DNA of 50,521 nucleotides, the filler included, from Bipalium vagum (Eukaryota), in assembly GCA_037834085.1 (NCBI GenBank). It is 3 parts of 3 records of this genome, joined end to end, with 100 filler letters (N's around TTAATTAATTAA, not from the genome) between each part and the next. Parts side by side here need not be neighbours in the genome. Positions count along the whole stretch, not along the records: positions 1 to 16,966 come from JBBMKC010084205.1; positions 17,067 to 33,278 come from JBBMKC010122457.1; 1 more part is not named here. One strand, 5' to 3'. The notes beneath the pieces were generated by a model, which was not told the origin of the DNA, did no database searches, and saw only the letters and a program-made list of their open reading frames with translations. This document shows positions 14,426-24,999 of this stretch, piece after piece. The position numbers were made by a program, and so were the translations under genes. The first letter of the stretch is position 1; every line of letters begins with the position of its first letter.

Positions 14426-14904
14426 CTCCATGAAAGTCTGTCAAAATGTAAACTTCGTAAATTTCCAAATCAATTTGATAAATAATAGAATCGATGAATT
14501 GTAAAATGTAATTGTTCCGCAAATTTTTCTGAAGAGGGATATTTGACTTTCAATCAATTTTTGATAAAGAAAAATATTTTTACCAAAATAAAAATTTCTT
14601 GAATACAATTTTCAAGTTTGTCTTGGTTATTCACGCACAGCTTTTTCAGAGCATAGAACTTGTTACATGAGTGAACTTTATAGACAGTTCCAAAACCTCC
14701 TGATTTAATATTTCCATAAATACCCAATAATTACCAAATTTATAATAAATATTAGTGTTTACCTTGTGCAATTTTTTCATCAACTGTCACCGATTCAAAT
14801 GTTAAATTAATTAATTTACAATTTTTATTTGATAAACTGTTTAAATAATTAGTGCTTCGATATATATCTTCATTTGAGATTACTTTTGATAAAATTCTAT
14901 TCAT
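14426..14904 (-). CDS. AAK1: AAK1/BMP2K-like NAK Ser/Thr kinase, exons 1-3 (14904-14763, 14699-14584, 14528-14426)
   Basis: Spliced translation MNRILSK...ESVTVDEKIAQG|GFGTVYKVHSCNKFYALKKLCVNNQDKLENCIQEIFIL|KNLRNNYILQFIDS...YEVYILTDFHG. Shows the Gly-rich loop, ALK lysine and alphaC Glu. GT-AG introns of 63 and 55 nt; phases consistent. Confidence 0.9.
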
Positions 14905-15914
14905 TGTTTTAGTAAAAGTTTACTTTATAAAAATTTGAACAAATATTCAAACTTCAATTAAGCATTTAAATTTCAGTTGAAGGTAAATTATTTCTAAATG
15001 ATAAAACAAAATAGTTTTTACTAAGTTTTATTAAAATAAATCATTTTTAAATGTAAATGTTTCAGAGATGTTTCATTTTATTAATTTTATTATAATATTA
15101 ATTAATGTAATAAAATTTAACTGTTACTTGTCATTGGAATTTCATTTAATTTAATAACGAGTCATTTAAAAACTGAATTGAAATTAGTTTTAAAATCAAA
15201 GTAAATCAGTGAAAAAAGTAAACAATTAACATTTATCTGTGACCACAACCATGTTCACATCAATAGTAACTCCAAACAGTTTTCCTTTTTTCAAATGAGA
15301 ACTCGAAAATATTACTAAAACCTATGAATGATGAACAAATTCGAACCTCTATAGTCATTGGTAGTCCATCTTAGATAAAATTTCATGAATTAAAAATTTT
15401 CTAAATTTAATTGAATCACAATATTATATAATAGTATTATAAAAGACTGAAACGGTAAAAATTGTTTAAATAATGTACACCGGATATATTTTCTTCATAA
15501 TATTAACATTAACATTTTTGCTTTTAAATGCTACAATTTTCTAACATTACGAAAGCAAACTATCTCATTTAGGTATTCCTAACATTTATTTAATGTATTA
15601 ATTAGCATTTTTACATAGGAAACTAATGAGATATCGGATCATAGTTTTTTGACCGAAATGACTATTATTTTCTCGTCAGAGTGGTGCTTCGCCAGTTTTA
15701 GCTGCAGAAGCATAGGTCATTTTAAATGTGTTTTTGGAGATTGATCCCCGAAAACCAGTTTTTATGATCGGAGTACCGTTAAGTCTCAATCTCCTATTCA
15801 AATAATATGGATCGATATTATTTAATTGAGGAAGCAAGGGAGGTGGAAAGTTAGGGTTGAAGAAAAGTATCACATTGATGGGCCATAGGAAGATCATAAA
15901 AGTCAGTTACTGAA

Positions 15915-16190
15915 GACACGGGCGTTTCAAAATATGTCGTTACTAATTTCTATGCAGAAACGAGGAAAAAATTTGGGATATTTTCTTGAAATTATGTTTA
16001 TTGAACTGTCAACCATAACATGAATTTTTTTGATTTGGAAACCGGTGCTCACACGCGAAGAAACAGATGATTAAGATCGTGTCAATGAAGGGCGTCTATA
16101 GTGATCTCTTTGAATTATATATAAATGAATGAATGTGGCGCCAAAATATGCAATCACGAAACTGTGAAAAATTTTTAAAAATAAATTTGT
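15915..16190 (+). mobile_element. Merlin transposase remnant (second copy)
   Basis: TVNHNMNF..ETGAHT and YINE*MWRQ. DNA near 15988-16035 is visibly similar to the reverse complement of about 5998-6045. Confidence 0.7.
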
Positions 16191-16239
16191 AAATAGAAAA
16201 TTATTTGTTTTTGTTATTTTTTGTGATTCGTCTCAAGTC

Positions 16240-16960
16240 TCAAGGGCTGGGTATATATTACTTCAACAGGTGGATAAGTCACGTGGACTAAGGTCGGGTT
16301 CTGAGTTGCTCCTCAATGAGTGTTCGATCCATTAAAATCATGATGAACAATACACTGTCTGCAGTGCTTTAGTTCTTCTTGTTTAAATTACGGAGTAATA
16401 ATCTAGCACTAAAATATAGCCCTTTGAGTAATGTGAGAGGAAGGAATATCAACTGTAGGCTCTGCAAAACTACAGTGGAAACACAAGCTCACGTGCTTAA
16501 TCATTGCGTGATTAGCGAAACCCAATCACGTTTTCACACTGTTGTTTGACTTTCTAAAAGACTCGGGATTGGACGTAGATATATGTGTATGTCCTCATGA
16601 GGTGAAAATCACACTACGACCAGACTTAATTGTCAGATTCAAGGACAAGAGAGTTAAAAGTCTCATCGACCTAAAAGTACCATATGACGAGCGGACTAAC
16701 TTTTCTAAAGGTAGAAAGAAAAACCACAATAAATATAAGGGACTCGATCAACAAATAACACTTGTAATGGGATCTGCAGGATCCAACAATAATCAGAGCA
16801 CAGGATCTACCAACAGTGATCAACCTCAACAGACTCAAACCAATGATGACCAACAATAATAACATTTTTGTGATCTGTGATCCATTAACAATATATTTGT
16901 TCTATAACATTGTTTTATTATTGACATTGTGTTATTTGTTATTCTTTTATAATTATTTAG
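16240..16960 (+). mobile_element. RLE-type non-LTR retrotransposon 3' fragment (R2/NeSL-like endonuclease)
   Basis: CRLCKTTVETQAHVLNHC (CCHC knuckle), LRPDLIV...LIDLKVPYD (PD..D.K) and KKNHNKY...VMGSAGS. Ends at an assembly gap. Confidence 0.85.
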
Positions 16961-16966
16961 TTGTTG

Positions 16967-17066
16967 NNNNNNNNNNNNNNNNNNNNNNNNNNNNNNNNNN
17001 NNNNNNNNNNTTAATTAATTAANNNNNNNNNNNNNNNNNNNNNNNNNNNNNNNNNNNNNNNNNNNN
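16967..17066. other. Assembly gap with artificial spacer (44 N + TTAATTAATTAA + 44 N)
   Basis: Seen directly; an identical 100-bp structure occurs at 33279-33378. Confidence 0.95.
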
Positions 17067-17759
17067 ATTATCATCATCTTAACTTTAATAAAAACAAAAG
17101 CTTGATAAATATAACACATATATTGCACCCTTTATAATAACAATTTTGTATATTTAGGGGAAAAAAGGTCTTCTTAGATCATATGAATATCACTAAGAAA
17201 ACACTGAAGCCTGCCATAAAAGCCACCCCGGGATCCGCATTCGACCTATATTACTCCTGCTTCTCAAAGTCAATGATGTCCACCCATTTCACCCACGAAC
17301 ACGGTGTCTTTTATCCGAGTGACAAAACAGACCCTTTGAAGCCATTTATCCAATTTTCGTTCCGAAGGTTTATCTTTCTCCAGTGGAACCACTTCTTCAA
17401 CCGAACCAAAGGGTTTTTAATTGCACTGATGGACATCTCAAAGAGCGAGGGACACCAATGCGTTAAGATGTTCAGGATCACTTTTCAGGTGAGACTCTCT
17501 CCCTTTAGTTCCATTGATTTTTCCATTTATTTCCCCTCCACAGCATTTCTGGAGAAAACCTGTTTCTATGTTTTGAGGGGTTGTGATGGTAGTAATAATA
17601 TGGTACCAGTAAATATGACGTCATTGTGACACTTGGAAATGTTGAGAAAAGTAAGACAAAAGAAAAGAAGAAGCTGTCCGTGTTCCACTTCAGGGCGTCA
17701 GATTTCGAGAATGATATTTCGTTTTTAGCTAAATAGGAGTAAGGTGGCAAACAATGAGG

Positions 17760-18300
17760 TGATAAATGGGGACGTTGTTCGAGTTCCGGTTTCTAGTCCC
17801 ACCAGTTTTCTTCGCTGTTATGGCTTGGCGTTGTTTCGGTGAAATACTGCCCTTCCTCCTGACTCTAACAAGGGTTGCTATTGAACGTCAATGTTCGCAT
17901 GCAGTAGTTTTTATCATTTCAAGATCGATTGGTCAACCTTTGTTCAATAACATACACTTCACAGTTTTCTTTAGTTGTTAGTTTGATCCACAGGCAGGTG
18001 GTCTTATTTGGCCTACAGGTGACAGACTAGTTTTTTTGAAGGGCTTTCATCCAGTACAATGAAGAATGAATTGGCGATCATTCGCTCTTCATAATTGACT
18101 TTCTGATACATTAATTCTTATTTCTCCCGAAGGTCGTTCTCAATCATCCCTATCACTTGTAATCCTCTCACATGCTTTGGCAGGCTCAGCACATCGAAAT
18201 AGTCCTTGAACTTGTTAAAGAATTTCTCGACATCATCCGATCTTCTAAATAGTTATGGTGTGAGAGATTCGGCTAAAAACCCTCGGCTCGTGGTCGTCAT
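17760..18300 (-). mobile_element. Possible decayed LTR-retrotransposon gag-like fragment
   Basis: GC-richer block. Minus frame MTTTSRGFLAESLTP*LFRRSDDVEKFFNKFKDYFDVLSLP... resembles Gypsy gag N-termini; several stops; no LTR pair or pol found. Confidence 0.35.
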
Positions 18301-19509
18301 GTGAGCTGGAGTTGCAAAAATTAGGCAATAACAATACTTGAATAACTTTGGAAATTCAATAAATCAATATAAAGAGCCTTTTTGTAACATTGATAAAATT
18401 GTAAAATATGATTAAAATCTCACAATAATCATTAATAATGAAAGGTAAAAATCGATAATTAAAACTATTTCAATTATTGATTTTATTGAATTATTGAGAT
18501 TATATAAAATCTTGACAATTCCTTATAATAATAGTGAAAAGTAAAAAATATTAATAATAATCAAAAATAATAAAAATAATAATAAAAAAAAATAATAAAT
18601 TAAGTCTATTTACAGAAAATATATTTTCAGAAAAGTGAAAGAATTATGGAGACGGATTTCCTTGCCAAAGGGTGCTCTAAAGAAAATTATGTTGAGGATG
18701 TTGATTTCTATGACACTAGTGAAGATGGGAGGCTGTTTGTGATGCTTGATGTAGCGAGACCGCTCGAAGTGGAAACCCCATACAAACTGTCTTTGACTTG
18801 GGTGGACGCTCACAATGGAACAATGGAGAACTTTATTTTTTTCGATTCGTTACCAAATAACAGTCAGTTATCATTTTCGTTTAACCTCACCGTAATATAT
18901 TATCAGACTGTATAACTTAAAGTTTTCACGATGGTCTCATTTTCAATTTGCAGTCTTCAACATTCTTAACATTCTTCTTAATTTAACTGGTAAATGGTAA
19001 ATATCTTTAACCACAGGTCATTGACTATTTCCTAATCTTTCACACATCTTCTACTTATACCGGGTGTGTGTAAAGTCCATTCGCTATTTTAATAGTCATA
19101 TAATAATCAATGTTTGCAATCTATATTAAAAATCAAGAATCGATTCGTTAGTATTGATATAGTGATTTTTGCGTAGTAAGATGAATATATTATCTATCCC
19201 AAGAATTATCAAAATGATTTCTAGCTTATTCTAATAACTGAAAGATAGGAGTTCAAACCATTTAATTTCAAGCAAAACTTTGTTCCGTGAAACTGGTGAA
19301 GTACCAATGGAAAGTCTTTATGAAGGCAAACCTTCAAATGTGAACGCCATGTGACATTTATTTCACGGGATCAGTACTGGACGAACCAGGAAGTGGAGTA
19401 CACCACATGACAACCAAATATTGTCTTCAATCAGAATTTTGTATGAAGGATATCGAAAATCATCTTTCAGAGAAGTTTCATCTCCACTTAACATAATAAG
19501 AGAGGCCTT

Positions 19510-20060
19510 GAATACACAGGGGAGACACAACATCACCTAAAGACACGAATTATTGAGCATTCTCAAAAAAGTAGAACAAGTAAAATGTTGGATCATACTG
19601 TTAGCTTCAAAGAAAGAGAAGGGAATAAATATGCCAATGAAAATGAGTTTACTGTAGTAATGACCAACTTTGATAACGATGAAGAAAGAAAAATATGCCA
19701 ATCATTAATTAATTAATCAGTAATTAAAAAACTGAAACCAGAAATTCTATTCACAAAATGGAGAAAGTAAAAATCAATGAATGATTAATGTTTTCTTTAA
19801 TTAAAATTTTTAATAAAAAAATAATTTTTAAAAAATAATTAAAAAAAAATATTAAAAAATGGTATTTTTAAAGTTTTTATAATTAAAACGGTTTTTTTAC
19901 TTTTGTCGAATAATAATGCACATAATATTTTAGAATCATGATAGTGATATCACTTGAAGATAGACATTGAAGAAGAATAAAATTGACTGAAGAAGATCTG
20001 AAAAAATAGATCGAAACATGTTTCAAGATAGCAGTTTAAATAAAATTTTTCGTGTTAAAA
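19510..20060 (+). mobile_element. Penelope-like element 3' fragment (GIY-YIG endonuclease end and pLTR region)
   Basis: EYTGETQHHLKTRIIEHSQKSRTSKMLDH...EFTVV...EERKICQSLI...KKLKPEI matches the Penelope pattern YIGET.R.L..R..EH...R.I.ES..I....P. Followed by a hammerhead-like motif and AATAAA. Confidence 0.8.
19983..20026 (+). ncRNA. Candidate minimal type-I hammerhead ribozyme of the Penelope pLTR
   Basis: TTGA-CTGAAGA-A-GATCT-gaaaaaat-AGATC-GAAA-CATG-T-T-TCAA: stem I TTGA/TCAA, core CUGANGA and GAAA, stem II GATCT/AGATC, palindromic stem III, GUU cleavage triplet. Confidence 0.7.
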
Positions 20061-23000
20061 AAAAATATATGTAATTATTCCTCAGTTATTAGAAGATTGT
20101 CACGTAGCAGGGATTTCATTATATAAATAGATGAAGGAACTAGCTGCCTATGAGTTTGACTATAAAAATGTGCTGATAGACAACACTTTTACCTGTAGAA
20201 TACACATTGAATATCGCTGTTTAGTTTTTCATTATTAAATGTCTCTGTTTACCAACCCATCTTTTTTTACAAAAAATTTAAAATAGCTAAGGCGCTTTAC
20301 AGTCACCCGTATAATAAATCTTCTGCTTTCTCCAAACTGTCGTTTGTTTTCAGATTCACAATTCCTTATCCTATACTGCTCTTCAATCTTTCCAGCTTAG
20401 ACTAACCTGATCTTCATCGTATCACCGTAATCAAAATGACAGAATGGTCAGTTTGAAATCAAAGAAATACATTGAAATAAAATATTTATCAAATTATTCA
20501 TAAATATTCATATTGTCACATTTCTCTTTCAGGTAGCGGATTTATAACCGAGGACGTATTGAACTTCAGCTCCAACTCTAACTACGAAGTCGTGCGAAAC
20601 TTTGCACCGGACTTGGACCAGCAAGGTATTTCTTTTCCGTTTCCAATAGTCAAAATTTCTCATTATATCTGCCTTTCGTTATCAAAGTCAGTGTGGGTGG
20701 TTAGAGTAAAATTTTCAGAAAAGGGGGATGTTTTCATGAATGTAAGGTTTTAAAATTCAAGGTAAGAACGCAGGAGATTCGAAAGAATTTTGGTAAATCC
20801 GAAAGAAGTCCTGGTAAAATTTTCTTCGAATTTAATTGGTTGATTGAATTTGATCATCGCAACCGATACTATAAATAGTAATATTAACATGGAAGCTACA
20901 TCATCACCCATCACAACGCTGCTTGTCTCACAGATTGTGCAGATCTCCGAATACGATCGATAATAAAAGAATCGAACAACTTAAATATTATTTTTTTATT
21001 TCTTAATATTTTCCCTTAGCCTTTGAAAATCTGTCTTTTCTCTTTTGTCCGTGGAAGATAGCCTTAATAAAATAATGAAGGGGACTATTAAGGGACAACG
21101 AAGAGTTTAGTCAAACAATTTAATAAATTTATATGGAAAGGTTTTATTTTCAGTTCTCAGTGATTATCAGGACAATCAAATATATCAGACAACGTTTAAC
21201 GCTAACTTAACGGAGAAATTTGCGGTGGTACCGTCTGTGTCGACGAAACCACCAGTCTGGGAAATCGTCAAAAACACGACGACCTTCCGTTACTTACTCA
21301 TTGTAACCAACATTCTCTTTTTGTATTTGATATCTTATCTGACCTCCTAAATTGCAGAAATGTATCCAGATGACCGAGTGTAAAAAGGGTATGCATCCAG
21401 TCTTCTATGTTATTTGTTCAAAAAATGTTTTGGGAAAAAAATTCGTAGAGATAATCTCAATCTCAAAAGAACAGGGTAAAAATATGATTTTGTTGACAAT
21501 CTGTAATCCTGTCATTGCATCCAGCAGGGGCCACCATTATTTCTCAAAACCTCATTCCTGACTCCAGTACGTACACCTTTACAGTCAGCTGGAAAATCAA
21601 TCTTACTACATTGGTCTTGCCGGCCCTGTTTGTCGTGAAAGTGAAGTTTAATAAGTCACAGTGCACTCATCTTTACATTCTGAAGTGCGGAACGTGTAAC
21701 GAAAATTATAAACAGGTAAGAGATTTTTTGGAAGAATCCTTGATTTTGAGACTGGGTACTCCAAGCTAGGACTGTTCTCGACTAAATAAGAAATATGAAA
21801 ATAACACCTTGCTTTTCTTTCTGCAAACGTTTTTCTCCAAGTCTCGGGTCGTCCTCTTTGCATGTGATTTCGTTGAAAATCAAGAGACATGAAAAGTGAG
21901 AGTTATTCTTTTGTCGAGTCTTTGGAAATACTAGACATAAAACTCCTTTTCAATTTTTTCTGCTTACTTTTACAAAGATCGGACTTCTTGTTGAATAAGA
22001 ATAATTTCAAAAGTGAGACTAAATTTCCCAATTCAGAATTGGAGGACCACTTTCTCATTTTTAATTAAGGTCATATGAGAGAACCCACTTCTCATAATTT
22101 CTCAAAAGAAGCAGTTGCCGCTCTCAGAGACTTCCTCAGTCTCTGAACCTCCTATCAAGACCTTTCCAATTTTATCCAAAACAAAATTGTTTTGACTATG
22201 TTCTCTATTTATACATCTCGAGATTCTTTTCTTCATAAAAGGTGCCACTTTCAATTTCTTGTCTCTCCCAATTCTTTGGTAAGTTCGACTTCAGATATGC
22301 TAATCTTCAGGTAACAGAGAGCAACGCAAAGACGAAATTAGATGATTGGACGAAGGAGTGCAAGAAGTATCGAATTCTTGACAAATATTACAAAGCGTCA
22401 TCGACTTCGATTTCTTTTACAACGGATGAAATGAGAGACGAAGAGAACTTTGAAGCTGATTTGATACCTTTCGGCTTAATAAGCAATGGCGAAAAGGTCT
22501 CAACAACACCCAATTTCATTAGACGTAAGCGTTATTGAGATGAAAGAATTTAGAGAACTTTTTGGTTTATTTTTCAGGAGATTTTTGGAGAACCCATGGT
22601 CGCATTATTGGCTTCATTTTAGGTCCCCTTTTAGGAGTCTCATTCCTGGCTGTGGTCATTGTGCTCTTCAGACTCATTAGAAAGAAAAAAAATGAAAAAG
22701 CTATAAAGTCTGACTCCCATTTAATTTTTTCTATTTACAAGTATTTCTATTGGTTAAAAATCTTTTAAAAAGTTAAAAAATGTTCTTAAAGTAAAATTAG
22801 AATTTATCATAACAAGTCTAATCAAATATTTTTAAATTATTTAAATTGTCTTTCTTGTTTTTCAACAATTTTTGCTTTAACAATAATACTAAACACTTTT
22901 TCGTTTTTATTAATTTGATCAGAATATTTTTTAAAGTTTTTGTATTATAAAAGTATCATACAAATTTACAAATAAAAAAGGCAAAATAAAAGAAAATAAA

Positions 23001-23219
23001 ATTTTCATATTAATATTTATTATTAAGTTCGATTTAATAATTGCGTTGTTTAAATAATTTGTAACCTTGACATTTTATTTATTTTTAAATGTTATGTAAT
23101 CATAAAATTATAAAATATTTATTTATTTTTTATAAAAAAATATTTATAAAAATTAGGCAATGCGTACTAAAAAAGTTAAAAATTAAAAAATTATTTAAAT
23201 TTAAAAAAATGATTTTAAT

Positions 23220-23470
23220 GTTTCAAGATTTCTGCTTCCAAGGCCTCTGTTGTTAATGTTCACAAGCTTTTCTCTATAAAAAAATCTATCTATAAATAGG
23301 CGACCTTAAACAAAAAAGAGCCGTGAAATCTTGAACGTTCAATAGTATCAAAGATTTGAACATAATTGAAAAAATTTGGATATTGATGTACGAAAATTAA
23401 TATGTTTAGACGAACTGGGAATAATTTATGGGAATTTTAAATAAAACTTTATTTAATCGTTTTAATTCGG
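23220..23470 (+). mobile_element. Tc1-like remnant
   Basis: SKDLNIIEKIW near 23348-23380 resembles Tc1 SPDLNPIENLW. Confidence 0.4.
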
Positions 23471-24999
23471 TTTTTATTAGAGGTTGTTAATAATAAAATA
23501 CAAAAAAGAATTAGTAATATATATTTAATGTGAAAAGTTATCAAGCAAAATTTGTCACTTCTTTTCATAATTATTTTTCAAATATTAATCTATGAAAAAT
23601 TTGCGTTTTTTTCCAGGGATTGTTCGAAATTTAATGAATTATAGGTAAATAAATATACATATATGGTTTTTCGGATTTAATGAATTGTATTATTGACCGA
23701 CATTTAGGATATTCGAAACTGTATGGAATAGTGCCAATATTTCGATACCATTCGAAGACGCCTCATTCAGTATTTATTAAACTGAGAGGCTCTGTAACAT
23801 AATACTGAAAATTCTATGTAAAATAATATTAAAATTCAAAAATTTAAACAAGCTTTTCAAGGCCATCGGGTTAACGAAACTTAGCCGAATTATTCTATAA
23901 TCGATAATTAAATTATTCCTCTTTTATAATAATCGAAAAGGATAAATTTTATTCAGAGTTATTTAGACTTTCAATAAGTTATTTATTTTAGATGTGTTCT
24001 ATACAACCGTAAATAAACATCTGAATACATACATGCAAGTTTCTAGGTACCAGTTTATTGTAACACTTTGAGAAGTAAACAATCTGTCCTTCAAAAAGTT
24101 GGATAGTTGGTTTCTCTCTTGTAATGAAACAACTTGTAATTCAAGAAATACAAGGTGTTCTGATTGACCTGTGAATATATTTTTGATTTGTTAATCATCA
24201 CAGTTCAAATACCCTTTGTCATAGTGTCTCACTTAAAGTAAATCGAGAGGCTTACTGGATAAATAAAAACCATTTCTGTATTGTTTCATGAACGACCATC
24301 AATCTTAACGAAAAAAAATTATGGAAGGATTAGTGAAATTTATTAAGCAAAGGTGTTTTCAATGTCTTTAAGTAACATTTCAAATTCAAAGGATTCCACA
24401 ATTTAATTATTTACAATAATAAATGAAAGATAATAGTTGCACGATCATCGTAGAGGATTCTGAGCATTAATTATTCGAGTTTTATTTTTAAATACTTTTT
24501 TAGCCTACCTGAAGAAAATGAATATTATGAAGAGGCGTTGTGAAACCCTGGCTCTCGAAGAGGAGGACCTAATCTTTCAAGTTTTTGATAAGAGAAGAGA
24601 ACTGTTTTCACTGATTATACTGATATTTTAAAAATAATTATAGAAACAATTTTTTGTGTAAAAATGACCGGTAAATTTTTTTAATAAAATTACATTGTTC
24701 TAATTTTTAAAAAATTAAGAAAATCTATAAGTTTTTAATCAGAGTTTTTTGAAAAAAAGATTTACTAAGACAATATCGTTTTAGATAAGTCAAAATAAAA
24801 CTAGTTTTGTTTGAAATTATTAAATTGAATTGGCTTTTGGCGGTTTTTTAAAATTTGTTTATGCTTGAGCAATATTTTAAATTTTGATTAAGGTCATTGT
24901 TGTTATTATAAATAAATAACTCACTTTTTACTTTGTTTTTGAGATTAACAATTTTTTTGTAAAATACATTTATATATAAGTTACTATTTTATTTAACTG

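Larger units (their letters stand above)
19060..20309 (+). mobile_element. Internally deleted Tc1/mariner element hosting a Penelope fragment
   Basis: Degenerate TIRs CCGGGTGTGTGTAAAGTCCATTCGCTATTTTAA / TTAAAATAGCTAAGGCGCTTTACAGTCACCCG, TA flanks, and a GSVLDEPGSG HTH-linker remnant. Confidence 0.7.
18631..22768 (+). pseudogene. Decayed multi-exon orphan type-I membrane protein gene, possibly CUB-like ectodomain
   Basis: Exon-like blocks with GT-AG ends: 18631-18891, 21525-21715, 21770-21895, 22242-22278, 22311-22524, 22578-~22707/22768. The last three splice in frame to ...SSTSISFTTDE...RDFWRTHGRIIGFILGPLLGVSFLAVVIVLFRLIRKKK (TM plus basic stop-transfer). In-frame TGA at 21890 and 22144. 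5' end not found. Confidence 0.55.

Noticed and set aside
17011-17022. TTAATTAATTAA island between N runs (also 33323-33334)
   Set aside because: An identical 44N-12-44N design with stops in all six frames marks a scaffolding spacer, not biology. Adjacency across these gaps is uncertain.
18631-22768. Alternative nuclear genetic code explaining the in-frame stops
   Set aside because: The kinase, COA1, TMEM64 and 30353 genes have no in-frame stops, and COA1 ends in TAA.
23730-24560. Possible second Penelope remnant (REAYWINK) with degenerate hammerhead-like strings
   Set aside because: Core and stems are incomplete and orientations are inconsistent; too weak to call.
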